Origin: Eledone cirrhosa
Taxonomy: Eukaryota
Assembly: GCA_964016885.1 (NCBI GenBank)
Contig: OZ024746.1
Location: forward strand, 89,838,001-89,902,000
Direction of reading: 5' to 3'
DNA: 64,000 nucleotides
The translations under genes and the position numbers were made by a program. Numbering within the stretch: the first letter of the stretch is position 1; each line of letters starts with the position of its first letter. The notes below the pieces were generated by a model. The model was given only the letters and a program-made list of their open reading frames with translations, was not told the origin of the DNA and made no database searches. This document shows, piece after piece, positions 28,307-42,288 of the stretch.

Positions 28307-30046
28307 ATATATATATATATATATATATATGTCTTTATATGTTGTGTTTCATATGCATAGAGATATTCACACAAATTCTTCCAATATTTTCCGTTTCCCT
28401 CCATTCCTCATTATTATATATTTTTCTTATTTATTTTTGCGAGTCTTCTGATTTTTATGTATTAAAATGTTACTTTCAGACATTCATGACGAACTACATT
28501 CGTTTATTCATCCCCTTCACTAAAAAACGTCGAGAATCATATTTCACTCTGACGTCCTCGACGTCTGAAGCGTATCCGTGCTGTTCGCTCATAGTATAAT
28601 AGAAAATACTCCATCTTGTGATCGTACCCACCATCGGAGATTATTTCAACCGTGCTTCTATCCAAACAGGAAATGGTTTGAAAAGATATGAAATGGGAAA
28701 GAATGTTAGTGTAAATTAAGGAAGTACGCATAGTCTCACTTTAGTAAAATTTCTAGATAATGTGCTCTTCAGAGAAACTGGCCTATCTGGTCATGTTGAA
28801 TCATTAATCGATGTGAACTCATCCATTCATTAATCATTGTCTTACATGCCTCAAACTCGTTCCTCATTTTCACATCTTGACTGAGATTTTTGCAATTGAA
28901 ATTCGATTTAATAAATTTATTTTCCTATTTAGGGAACATGCCAATTCTTATTGACATTTGCTAATTCATATTTCAGTTTTCGTGACCATCCATATTTCAC
29001 GGTAAGCTCTCTTCTTCACATAATTACTTATACATTTTCCCCTCATATTTTCTTCCTGTCTGTATTTTAATCTTATTCATTTTCATGATTTATTGTTTTT
29101 ATTGTTTACTGTCAGTCGTCATTTCTATTTGTGAGTCCTTTTTTTACTATTAATACTTGGTATGTTTCTTGCCTTTCTTTTTTCACATTCAGTGTGGGTT
29201 TTAGACATTTTCCCTAATTTCACCGTTATCGAATTTTTTATAAAAAATCCTATTAACAATTCTATTAATCTTTTTTTTAAGCTATTGACTTCAATCTGTA
29301 ATGTAATACTCGTTTAGCTTTCCATTCACTCGTCCACACGACAATATTTAATTGGAAATTTGATATAGTTATATCAACTTTATTTAAACGGGCATTGAAT
29401 ATTTTATCCACTCACTTTTTTGTTGAATGTAAAGTTTTTGACATACAACAATTATTATATTAAATTAGAGAATATATTGAGTGGAGAATATTCACCTTGT
29501 TTTTTGGCCTACATCATTGGGTTCATTTCACAATTCGATCAATATTTCCATTCACAAAATTCTTGGTTCAACATATTTATCTAGAGCACCATTGTATGCA
29601 TTACACTTAGGAAGTACAACAACAGAGGTCATTTCCCATCAAGTGTTATTTTATTTCCCATTGATACTTCACAACTCGTGTTATATTGGGTGATAACATC
29701 TGTCTGCCACCTAATGACGTCATGGTTGACATTTGTATTCTGAATGCAAACTTTACAAAGAGGCTTCAGAGAAAGAAGAATGGCCAATACATGTAGGTAT
29801 CGTTAGTTTCATAATTAATTCCTACTGAGATGTTGCATAGCATAATATCTGTGCTGTTTGGAAGATTAATTGTAATTATCAAATGGGTCGCAATTATATT
29901 TGTTTAAGCACCTGGAAGAACCATCTTTAATTTGTGTATTTGTTTGGGGGGATGGGGTTGCGTTAAGACAGGAGTAATAGTTCATTTTCAAATAGCCTTC
30001 TAATTTCCCTGATATGTAAGATGTCACGCACCTCTGCAGCCATTTT

Positions 30047-30426
30047 GATTGGCAGTATCAGTAGAGGGTCGGACGCCATGCTTTGCAGCATAGTTACGTC
30101 CCTTTAAGGGACTGAGTTAAAATCCCGCCGAGGTTAAGTTTGCCTTCCATCCTTACGGGGGTGATAAAATAAAGTATCAGTAATGTACTTGGTAATTGTT
30201 GGCCTTGTGCCAAAAGTAGAAACAGTTATTTATGGGTGATGGATTGGCAGTATCGGTAGAGGGTCGGCCGCCATGCTTTCTAGTATAGAGTTACGGCCCT
30301 TGCCATTCTGAGTTCAAATCCCACCGAGGTTAACTTTACCTTTCTTCCTTACGGGGTCGATAAAATAAAATATCAGTAATACACTGGATAATTGCTGGCC
30401 TTGTGCCAACATTAGAAACAATTATT
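30047..30426 (+). mobile_element. Head-to-tail dimer of the tRNA-derived SINE (30047-30230, 30234-30426)
   Basis: Two full units, each with A-box-like tggcagtatc.gt, B-box gagtt.aaatcc and 3' ggccttgtgccaa..tagaaac. Confidence 0.9.
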
Positions 30427-32679
30427 TAGCGTTGGATTAGAATACATAACGCTTATATATATCCATGAAATACATTATTTTTTAAATCAACTTTCTCTTC
30501 ACGGGTGAAATATATGTAAATAGGGTAACATATATGCGCGGTATTTTATTTATATACTATATGCATCACACAAACGTTTCTTTGTTGATTTTTATGTTTT
30601 TCCTTTACTGAACGACAAATATTGTTAGTTGCTTAAATGCCAAAATTATTTCTTTACTCAATACAGGCAAAACATACAATTAATATGCTGGATATTTGTT
30701 CTTTGTATTATTTATCACCAATATAGTCTACGGTAAGTTGGCAAAACTGGTGAAACGATTGATAAGCGTACTGCCATATCTAATTAACTCATTTTACTTT
30801 CTAAGTTCAAATATTAATTTCTTCGTTTTCTCATAAGCTGAAATAAGACCCGTTTACTTTCTGGTATACTTGAAGATATGCAATCGATGTAAGCATCCTT
30901 TTCTATAACTGGCCAACTGCCTATTAACAATGGATATATGCCAAATCAGAAGAAACTCTCTGAAACTGGATTAGAATATTTATAGTTCATATAAATATGC
31001 GTAAATTATTTGACAAACGTTTAGCTTTCATTGGTTTTATTTCCTTTCATTTCTTAGATTCTAAACACACTTAGGAGAAGTATCCGTCAACGTAACGTAT
31101 ATCCACATCAATGTGAATGTTTCAACGTCCCATTTAGTCTGTGTCAGAGCATGTTTTATACGTATTTATTATTTAAAAAAGTAATTTAGGGACACGGATT
31201 TAGCCCCATTGTTACTAAATATTAAACACACGTAAGAACGAAGTCGAAACCAGATAACCCCCAAATGTGTTTTATTCATTTATAGTACGTTACACCGATA
31301 CCAGAATACCAGTTGACAGGGATATGCATCTGGTTTTCACGCGAAAGATTTTTGTATTAGCGAACTTGAGAGAAATAAGAAACATTACTTCAATATAACT
31401 CAGTATACCACTGGCATCTTTAACTTCCTAGATGTTACCTGTATTTAGAAGGGTTAAGTGCATAGAACAAATAATCATATAGATCGGGGGAATATGTGTT
31501 CTATGTACATATCATTTCTACATATCGTATATCATTTATTACATGAATTGTTAATAATATAGACAGAGGAATCTTCCAATGAAAAATCCTTTAAACCAAA
31601 ATGCTCATTACTATAATGAAACATTGACAATATATTAATACAAAGAATGTATATATTTAAACGTACTGAATCTAATGATATAATAATGGTTTAAAGATAT
31701 TGTTAATTTCAATAGTATACACAATTCTAAATAAGTTTAAGTTAAATTGGTATTATAACAATAACAAATTATTTTGTATACATTCTTATCAAAAATAAGA
31801 GTAATATGTATAAGAAAATATAATATATTAATTTAGGATATTACAAACATGCTCATTTTCCTTAACACAATAAAAGCTTCGACTATCTTGATATTTCCAA
31901 TAATGATACAACTACTTTTAACCCCAATATGTTTAAACGTAAACCTTTAAATATAAGACAGTCAAACCTATTTGTAATCCGTTTTACACAAACATCTCCA
32001 CGCCTGCAATAATTATAATAATCAATTTAATTTAGAAAAGGCACAAGCGTCGGCCAAAACGCTGATATATGTTTATATTAATATATATGAAAACATGTAT
32101 GCACATGACTATTAATAATTGTACTCTCTCTCTCTCTCACTCTCTTTCCCCCTCCCTTTCTTTCTCTCGCTCTCTCTCAAACACACATAGATGAATATAT
32201 ATATATATATATAGGAACAAGTATGACCCCGACGGCAGAGCTGAAGCCGTTTAGACGGCTAATTCTGGACTAAATAAGAGTTTTAGCCTGGTAAATAAAT
32301 AGCCGAACTTCTGAGGGGGTAATTCCATATATGGGAAGATAGTAATTGTCAAGAGGATTGGTCAAAAATGTTTAAAGACAGTTGATTCTATAATGGCATT
32401 TAGTGGAAGGTAGGCGCGCTCTATAATATATGTATGTCAGGCTGTCTGAAATGACTACGCTTCTAAGCAACTTTTAATTAATTATATATATATAGTTATA
32501 TATTCGTGTACATATATTTTTGCATACACAAACGCACAATACATCGGAAAACGAACTTCGAAAACAAATTATAAACAAACATTGTATTTATTCCGTTAAC
32601 TACGCAGCGATTTATTTACATTCGTCTTATCGTCTGTTTATCCAAGCGAAGCTGGGTACGTCAGCTATATATATATATA

Positions 32680-33330
32680 TCTGGATGCCGTAGAACAGTA
32701 CAATGGTAGATTTATTGAAGGAAATCGCTGGTGCTGGCCTTTCTCATCTTTACATGCAGGCCACATATAGGTTAGTACCACCAATCTCACTAAACAACAC
32801 AATGCTCCCTTTGCCCTTTTGACACCCGCGTGTGCAATCACATTTTAACTGGAACCAATCACTATCAGTCATGATTGACCCCCTCATAACTTCATTGGTT
32901 ATTTGATTTCTATGTGTCACCCTCCCCTGAATAACACCTATATAAAACGCAAACATGACCATGTTCGAACAATTATTGTTACTGCCGATATGCGACCCAA
33001 AATGTCCCGGCCTGGCTGCAGGATCGATTTTCCAGAAGAAAAAGTGTTACTAGAGCAGCAGTGTCTGAAGTTGATCAGGAACGTCACCTTCAGCAACTGA
33101 GGTCCCATGCAGTAGGCACGAGAGCAACGCAGGCAGAACAAGCCAGATTTCAGCATGTGAGTTCACACGTTGATTGCAACCACATTGCATTACAGCACCA
33201 ATGTGCCATACAGGTCATTGCAAAACTGAATCCGATTTGCAAGAGGGCGGAGAGGGCGTGCAATATCTTTGCACTGGAGTGGAGGGGGGCTTTCTGAAAA
33301 GAGAAAATGCCGGTATACCGAGCCGGACGG

Positions 33331-33333
<3 letters not shown>
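32680..33333 (-). mobile_element. Possible decayed DNA-transposon fragment with a Cys-rich CxC-like C-terminus
   Basis: LKCDCTRGCQKGK resembles CxCx3C motifs at the end of some invertebrate transposon proteins; GC-rich island between (TA)n runs. Confidence 0.3.
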
Positions 33334-33371
<38 letters not shown>

Positions 33372-33971
33372 ACATGTAAGTATGTATATATGTAATATGT
33401 AGCACTATCTGCAGTTGTGTAAATTAAAAAGGAAAAAGTGCTCAATCGGGTTAAGAGTTGAAATATTATATAATTTATTCACGTTCAAAAACGCTTCCCA
33501 AAGTTTCAAGGCCCAGATGTTTCAATCACCTTAATTTGATTTATATCCTTACGTTATACCTTTTTCTCTCTCGCTATTTCTCTTCCCAAACTTAAATAAT
33601 ACAATAGACATTCTATAATTCTATCCTCCACACCTTAATAAATATTACCATCACTATATTACATTCCACTACATAAAACAATACTTCTGGTATAGCATAA
33701 GAACTCTAACACCTGAACGTTGACACATGTCTAATGCTCCTCTTGGAGTTTTTCTTTGTTATATGATGTACATTTTCGTAGATTCAAGGATTTGCACGCT
33801 TCACGTTTAACGGTATCATACAAAAACGTATAAGCCCCTGAAAAGAAGATAATAAATGTAATAGTGCTTCTTTCCTGGAGGTATAGTCCAAGTTGGCATT
33901 GACATCTTGTGTAGCACTTTTGTTCCATGTATGAACATGAATAAACAATATAATATAATACAATGTAATAT

Positions 33972-34040
33972 CATTGTTTCTACTTTTGGCACAATGCCAG
34001 CAATTATCCCAGTGCATTACTGGTACTTTATTTTACCGGC
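33972..34040 (-). mobile_element. SINE 3' fragment
   Basis: tttctacttttggcacaatgccagcaattatcccagtgcattactggtactttatttt. Confidence 0.75.
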
Positions 34041-34059
34041 CGCGTATAATATAATATAA

Positions 34060-35050
34060 TATGAAATCAATAATATAATCTGGTCCTTCATGATGGTGCC
34101 CACCACCACGTGTGTCTTGGTGTCCGATATCATTACATCGCCGCATATTCAGAAACAGCTCTTCCGCATCCAGGTTCGTCGGCATGCAGTTCAATATCTC
34201 TATCTTATCTAGTTCATGATCTACCGTTAGTACATACAGAAGGATGACCGGGAACAATAGGAAGAATGCTTAATAAAGAACGGCTCTTTTAAGTGAATTT
34301 TTTCCCTAACCACAAAAGAGCTGTGAAAATCCAACTCCCAAAACAGAGTAAGACTAGTTGCTTTGAAAGGAGCACCCATGTATAGATGTTGCACCGTATC
34401 AAATGCTTTTGATAAATCTAAGTTCACCATGGGCTCACTTGAGCCAGATTTCTTATCAACGTTTTTGTATGATATATCGCATGAAGTGGAAGTTGTGCGT
34501 GGATCTTTTTAGTGGTCACCTGGCTATGTGCATCCCAATCAAACTACCGTTGAGAAATGCTATAGATCAGATTTCTTAATATCTTCGTGTATCAAAATGA
34601 TGTACCAGAGATTCTCAATGCAGCTATATTTTGGGGGTTCTTTCACATTTTTGCTGCTTTTCGTTTCTAATAACTGGTATTTTAGATTTTGCGGTTTGTT
34701 AAATACTCTTGAAAATAAATGCAATGTTGATCGGATATCGCTAAAGAAGGAGATTTGGCGTTCATGTAGAACTTTCCGTATTCATTGGCTGTTAACAATT
34801 TTGTACAATACCCATATATATTTGCGATATACAGTGTAAATCGCCGAGGCAGGCATTGATACATGTCCTACTAGGTTTAAAACCGATCTCAAACACTCTG
34901 GTGAACTGTCACGGAAGCTTAGAATCGAGCCACACACGTTCATTCTGATCCAACTAAATTCGTTCTTTCTTTTCTTAGGTCATGCGCCTTATCTCTAACA
35001 ACGCAAACCAACTTTATATTTCGTAATTCATTGTTCCTATCCATAGATAC
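34060..35050 (-). pseudogene. Decayed L1/Tx1-like LINE reverse transcriptase fragment
   Basis: VNLDLSKAFDTVQH (RT motif LDxSKAFD) followed by a frameshifted ..LLYVL.. segment. Confidence 0.6.
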
Positions 35051-35261
35051 GAATCACGTTTTAGGTTCGTTTAAACTACTTATATCTTCCATAAGATATG
35101 AAGACTTGTTTTAAAAAAAGCAACATGTCATAATCATTAAGAAAAGGGATTTTTATTTCAATGTCAGAGAACATTGTTGGCCCAATGCACTTTTGGCTTT
35201 ATTAATTGAAGCCATTGGCCTCCACACGCTTATCTTTCGTAATTTAATGCATTACTATATC

Positions 35262-35431
35262 CGAGGTTGGTCGGACGCCATGCTTTGACGCATAGAGTTA
35301 CGACCCTTGCCATTCTGAGTTCAAATCCCGCCGAGGTTAACTTTGCCATTCATCCTTACGGGATCGATAAAATAAAGTACCAGTAATTCACTGGTCCATT
35401 GCTGGCCTTGTGCCAAAAGTAGAAACAATTA
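35262..35431 (+). mobile_element. tRNA-derived SINE
   Basis: gtcggacgccatgctttg...gagttcaaatcccgccgaggttaactttgcc...agtagaaacaatt. Confidence 0.9.
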
Positions 35432-37229
35432 ATATTAAGCTGTACTTAAATAAACTGATACATGACCAGTTTTATTGTTGATTGAATTGTTATGATTCTT
35501 GTTTAAATTAGTACTGAATTGTCTATAAAATTCCTACGTTTAACACGAGAGAATTAATCGGTATGCACTTAATTCTTCTATTTACTAGCTGAAATAACAA
35601 AAATTAAACAAGGATTTGCGTGAATAATGTTTATTTAATGGTTCAACAGCCTTTTATTCAGACTGTTCCGCATGTATGCTGTTAACGATTACTTTATCTG
35701 TACGTCAGATACTTTTACGTTGTACTTCTCTGAACATTCTACTCTATAGTTTATGATTTCTGTTTTTTTTTGTTCCTGTTTCCCATTAAATATCATTTTA
35801 TTTTTAACATAACATGTATTTCGTTAATTGCCTTTTAGTATATTATAATCAAATTCAAATTTTCACTTTTTATTTTTTGCTGTTACTTCCCAAATTCATT
35901 ATCATCACATCCCTCTGATAATGCTGTTTATCTAATTCTCTCTATTGATTCACAAGAACGTCTTTTATATTCCTTACCATTTCCTCCCTCTATGTTTAAT
36001 CTTACTTTATTCAATAATCGTAAGGACATGCCAATGCATATTCAAATTTAAACGTCGTTCTAAATATTATTTTGAATAATGTTTTACATTTTATTTTCAT
36101 AACCAATTTTCTGTTATTTTAATGCGCTTAATTAAAAAAAGACGAGATGGGTGAATATTTTAAAACACATCTTAATAACTACGTCTTGTCAAAATATGTC
36201 AGCAAAAGTTGATGGATTTTAAAGAAAACAGAAGGAGAGATATATGAATTCCAAATTTGAATTAAACATTCAGTGGAACGTAAAGTTTGCTTCTTTATAG
36301 TTGTGATGCAAAATTACGACGTTATATGGAAAATAATGCCTATAATAATATACATTACGTGTAATTATTTATATAATTACATAATATATACAAAATATTT
36401 ACAGGCATCACCGTTCTGTGGAGACAATGATTATGAAAATGTATCCATCATTACTACAATTGATTTAAACATGCTTTTTTAAAGAGAGAACTCAGTAATT
36501 ATGGGAAGCCCCCAAAACCCAGGTTTTAAAGGGGAAAAGGTTAGCACTCGTTTCCACTACATTCATGTCGGTCGGATAGCTGTTTAGTAGCTTCTGGTTT
36601 CTCATAGTCTATACGCAAGGGGTTAAGTAATTGTATTCAATAAAAACACATTATACATCGTCAATTTTCTTCAAATTGTGCTGAATGGAGTGGTTTGTAT
36701 TTGAGTTGACTTTAGATTTTCTATGTGATTTAAGTTGATATGCACTTTCATCGCGGTGGAATGATGAGAAATACATTCAATAACATTATAGGAACTATTT
36801 ACCCAGTTATCCTTTGATAATTTTATCAATATGCTTGATATGATTCTTGTATTTTTCTTGTATCTTAATTCTTGTAATTAATCAGTGATGCCTAGCAACA
36901 TGCTTTAGTGTAAAACGTTTCTCAGTTTTATTATTAATGTTGTTTCGACTTTATAAATTCCATACAATATGATGCCGGCTCATTACCTATTATATGAAAC
37001 GAGAGAAAGCAAGTGATTAATTGCTTTCAACATCCATAAAATCACATATCCACAGAAATAAATGAGGATTTTTAATTTGTGCCTGATTCTATTCACAAAC
37101 ACACATACGCACAAACACGCACACACACTCACATACACACACATATGCCCAGACAGAGACACACACACACATTTGTAGAATGGAAATATTATAAATATTC
37201 CCTGACCACATGTTACTAGATGGTTACTT

Positions 37230-37900
37230 AGGGGTATGTGACGAACATTTGGGTCTCTGATTAGCTGTCAGTGTACCCGTGCACGTTCCAATAGCGCATT
37301 TCCAGTTTGACCGACATATAGCCCAAGTGAAATCACGAGAAAAATCAAAGAAAATAAATTTATTGATAAATTCAAACCCAAGCTAAATGAACAGTAATAA
37401 TGGGTAAAATCCTACTATGACTATGACTACGACAACAACGACAATATTGATAATAAAAGTGATTTTGATGGTGATGATTACTAGAAAATGCTATTTTCAT
37501 CATTTCTAAAAATAGCAAAATAATTGTTGCTTTGGATAGGGTCAATTAGTAGTCGTTAGACATGCTCAACCAACCGTGACGCTTAAACCAATCAGCTTTA
37601 GTAATCCCGTGAAACTACACACCGATTGGTCGAAATATAATTTGCAAGATTTAGTATTCTGGAGCCACTTTTCACTGTATATAAGGCACAACATTTATCC
37701 ATCTCATTACAGTTGAACATTGCAAACTTGACTGTCACCACACAATAAGAACCTGAGGATTGCGAAAGCATGAACATACTTGTTCAATTAACACTTAACA
37801 TTTAATATTCGACCATACTATTTCATTCTAATACTATTACAAATTTTAAAGGATTGTAAATAAAACGAGTAAATCAGACAAAGTTGGAATTCCTTTTATT
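37230..37900 (+). mobile_element. PLE 3' end (GIY-YIG C-terminus + pLTR with decayed HHR at 37749-37785)
   Basis: ...KIKENKFIDKFKPKLNEQ*; GAAC-CTGAGGA-t-TGC-GAAA-GCA-t-GAA-catactt-GTTC. Confidence 0.6.
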
Positions 37901-37942
37901 AATATAATCTTCTATACACAATCATACACACCCGTGTATATT

Positions 37943-37978
<36 letters not shown>

Positions 37979-38049
37979 CATATTCATGTAACTTATTATT
38001 ATTACTAGGATATGTATATATATACACACATATATATATATATATATAT

Positions 38050-41000
38050 GTCCTGGGTATGACATTAAACTACATCCAGTGGCAAGGCTCCAGTTCGGGA
38101 GTTCAGGAGATGTGGGGAATGTGGAGTTACTCCTTAGTTGTCATGACTCCCAGGTCTGCCCTGGCCCGGGGTGGTAGTACCTGTTAGGGCTACATTTATG
38201 GGTTAAATAACTACCTTATTCGAGTGGCGCCGGTAAGGTATTGTCAGCCATTGAAAAGAAATATGGAGAGTCGATCTAACAGCACTAGGGTTAGAGCCCC
38301 TAATTACACTGTCAAGGAGCAGCCTGGTCGTTATAACTCTGCTGGCTTAGAGCCACAGAGAGGGCCAGTGGATGATGGATCAGCTGTCTCTGAGACAAAT
38401 ATAAAGAATGCAGTTTTGTCCTGCAGAAGAGCCATCAAAATGGGCACTTTGAATGTGAGGACTATTCGAACGCTGGAGAAGAGAGAGGAGTTGGGACATC
38501 TGTTCGAGGAGAGTGGTATACAGATACTTGCGATCCAAGAACACAGGATTCTACACGATGAGCCCGTGAGGAGTGTGATGATCGGGAGGAAGAGCCAGCT
38601 CATCACTACATCGGCAGTGAAGAACACAACAAATGCTGCAGTAGGAGGAGTGGGTTTTGTGTTCAGTGCAAAAACCAATCTGTTGGTGAGTGAAATAATG
38701 CCTATCTCCCCGCGAGTGTTGAGGGTGACCTTCAATGGAAACCCAAGACTGACAGTCATCTCAGCCTATAGTCCAACCGAGGGGGACAGTGATGTGAATG
38801 CCGAGGAGTTCCATGAGGAGGTATGTAGAGCTGTCACCACCACTCAGGCACACAATATCCTGCTTGTTTTGGGGGGACTTCAATGCACATCTGAGTAAGG
38901 AGGGCAGTGAAGATCCTTGCTGGTACTTCCATAACAACACCAACCGAAATGGAAGACTACTGATAGACACCCTGCTGGAGGCGAACTTGATGGCGACCAA
39001 CCTAAGGTTTAGGAAGAATCTGGGGAAGATGTGGACCTACATCTCAGATATGCACCTGTCCAAGTCCCAGATTGATTTCATTCTGGTGAGGAAAAAGTGG
39101 CGGAATAGAGTTCTGAACACGGAACCATACAGCTATTTCAGTACACTGGGTAGTGACCACCGGCTTGTTATGAGTGAGGTCCGCGTGAGCTTAAGAAAGA
39201 GCAAGGCTCAGCCCCGGAGAACAATCTATGACTGGGGAGCTTTCAAGGAAGATGATAAGCTACAGGAGAGGTTCACAGTGGAAGTGAGAAACAGGTTTAG
39301 TGCTCTGTGTGGAGAATCAGAGGAGAGAGAGATTGGATGGACTGAGGAGAGTGTGACGAGGAGGTACGGGCACTTCACCAATGAAGTGGCGAAAGAAAGT
39401 GAAACCCTGGTGCCGAGGAAAAAGAACAAAGGGAAGCACGTCAGCTCTGCAAACCCAAAAGTGTGTGCAGCCAGAGAACACCTGAAAGCTGCCAGGGATC
39501 AATTCTATGCTGATCCTACGGAGGAGAGGATGGAGACTGTGGAGGTGATGAGGGAAGAGCTATGTACCGCTTACACTGAGGTCAGAGAGGAGGCACTGAT
39601 AGAGAAGATCAGAAGTGTGGAGAGAGCGGTTGACAGATCTGGATGTAAGGAGAGCTGGATGATCATCAACTAGATCACAGGGAGGAAGAAAAGGTGTTCG
39701 AGTCAGATCCAGGGAACGGGGACCGAGGATAGGAAGAGGAAATGGCTAGACCATTTTAGGACCCTACTAGGAGAGCCACCCTCCACAGCCCAGAGCACTG
39801 GGGAGATCAGGCGGCTGTTTGAGGAACTGGATGTTGAGACAGAGCTCTTCACCAGAGAAGAGCTTCAGAGAACTAAGAAGAAGATCAAGGAGGGCAAGGC
39901 TCATGGAGAAGATGGAGTGGCATCAGAGGTGATGAAGAGGTGTGATTTTGATGATATCATCCTGGGGTTCTGTAACGGGGCACTGGAGAAAGGAGTTGCC
40001 CCGAATCAGTGGAGGATCAGTAACATCGTCCCAGTACCAAAGAAGGGAGATCTCTCTAACACCAACAACTACCGGGGGATCTCACTGACGTCACTTGTGG
40101 CAAAGACCCTCAACAGGATGATTCTTAACAGGATCCAGCCTGAGATGGAGAAGAAGCTCAGGGACAACCAGAACGCCTTCAGAGAGGATAGATCAACCAC
40201 CAGTCACATCCTGATGCTGAGGAGGATATTAGAGGGAGCTAGAGCAAAGTGCCTTCCTGCGGTCATGGTTTTCATTGACTTTAGGAAGGCCTTTGATTCT
40301 GTGGACCGTTACTGCCTGATGAAGATCTTACAGGCTTATGGAATCCCCAAGAGGATAGTGGACCTGATATCACTGCTCTACACCAACACCAAAGCCCAAG
40401 TCATTACACCTGATGGGATGACAGAGTTCTTTGAGATACTGGCTGGAGTGCTCCAGGGAGATACATTGGCTCCCTACCTTTTTATCATCGTAGTGGACTA
40501 TTGTATGCGCCTTGCACTGGAGAAACACCAGGACTCTGGCTTTACTGTAGCACCGGCTCAGAGCAGGAGAGTTGGGGCGAAAAAGGTATCGGATGCTGTA
40601 TTTGCCGACAACATAGTTTTGGTGACAAATACAGTGAAGCAGGCAGAGGATTTGATGCGGGAGGTTGAGACTGTGTCGATGAGTGTGGGGCTGAGAATGA
40701 ATGAGACTAAAACAAAATATCTGGTAGAGAATGTTGAGAGGCCAAAGGGGATCACTAATGTAGGCGGGAAGCCGCTGGAATTGGTTGAGGACTTCCTGTA
40801 TTTGGGAGCAAAGATTGGGAATACGGAAGATGATGTGGTTGAGAGGAAGAGTAAGGCCTGGGCGGCGTGTCACAGCTTGAGATCGGTGTGGCAGTCGGAC
40901 CTTCGTAGAGATCTGAAAATCCGCCTCTTCATTGCTGTAGTGGAGTCTGTGCTGCTGTATGGGTCTGAGACTTGGACACTGACCAAGAGACTCACTCAGA

Positions 41001-41357
41001 TGGTGGATGGGTGCTACACGAGAATGCTGAGGATGGCTCTGAACATTAATCAGTATACACTGAGGATGAAAAACTCAGAGCTGTATGGGAGCATTCCAAA
41101 AGTCAGCTCAAAAGTGACACAGAGAAGACTGAGGTTGGCTGGACATGCTCACCGACATCCAGAGTTGACATTGCACTCAGTGCTCCTTTGGGAGCCCCTA
41201 CATGGACACACTAGAAGAGGAAGACCAAGGTTAACATATGTTGATGCCCTAAGGACAGACACCGGTCTGTTGGCGATGCAGGATATGGCAGCGATAATGA
41301 GGGACAGAGACCGCTGGAGAGAATTCGTCCATGGATCTCGGGAATTTTACCCGCCTT

Positions 41358-41360
<3 letters not shown>
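38050..41360 (+). mobile_element. Near full-length RTE-type LINE (single ORF: AP endonuclease + RT), inactivated
   Basis: APE motifs GTLNVRT, AIQEHR, AYSPT, GDFNA, QIDFIL, SDH. RT motifs NYRGISL, FIDFRKAFDSV, GVLQGDTLAPYLF, FADN, FLYLG. Frameshift in the G-run near 38875 and TAG at 39671; flanked by (TA)n. Confidence 0.93.
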
Positions 41361-41408
<48 letters not shown>

Positions 41409-41543
41409 TATGTGTATGTGTATATGTGTGTATGTGTATGTTTGTGTGTATTTGCATCTGTGTGTGAGTATATGTTTGATGTGATTCAGAAATATATACT
41501 CCCACACAGATGCACATATACACACATGTATAAATATACATAT

Positions 41544-41619
<76 letters not shown>

Positions 41620-41837
41620 TTCGTTGCTGAATTTGTTTAGCAAGTTTCTTTATCTGAAAACGTCTGTTGAAACCGATATTGTTATACTTTGGGAGGGTCA
41701 TGTTGCTAATAAGAAACAGACGCACCAGCTGCTTTCACTTCAATTTATTATAATACATTTATAAATTTAGGAATTTATAAACTCATACATTTCCGGTTGG
41801 TTGGTTGGTTCCACAACCAGATGATTGTTTATATATT

Positions 41838-41880
41838 GTCAAAGTTCTTTCGTCACACATTCTGTGACCTCTTCAGTGAC
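41838..41880 (-). ncRNA. Minimal type I hammerhead ribozyme (family B)
   Basis: GTCA-CTGAAGA-g-GTCACA-gaatg-TGTGAC-GAAA-GAAC-TT-TGAC. Confidence 0.75.
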
Positions 41881-42245
41881 TGGGGATTATTTTCTTTGTT
41901 TTTGTGCCTATCCTTTGTTCTGTCCTACGCCATCTTGTTTGTGTGTGTGTGTTGTGTCCTTAGTTTGCCCATGTGTTACATACGGGTGTCTGTGTGTGTT
42001 TATATGCGTTTATTTATTTGTTTATATATGTTACTGGTTGGTTGTTTATTCTATGAAAACACACACGCACATAGAACAAACAACCAATCAGTAACATATA
42101 AATAAACAAATAAATAAACGAATATAAACACACACATACACCCGGATGTAACACATGCGCAAACTAAGCACACAACACACACACAAAGATGGCGTAGGAC
42201 AGAACAAAAGTGAGGCACAAAAACATAGAAAATGATCACCAGTCA

Positions 42246-42288
42246 CTCACTGAAGAGGTCACATAATGTGTGATGAAAGAACTTTGAC
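42246..42288 (+). ncRNA. Hammerhead ribozyme (family B, plus arm, slightly degenerate)
   Basis: CTGAAGA-g-GTCACA..TGTGAT-GAAA-GAACTT-TGAC. Confidence 0.6.

Noticed and set aside
32215-32668. Helitron-like non-autonomous element (3' gcgaagctgggtacgtcagcta)
   Set aside because: No terminal CTAG or clear hairpin; resemblance only.
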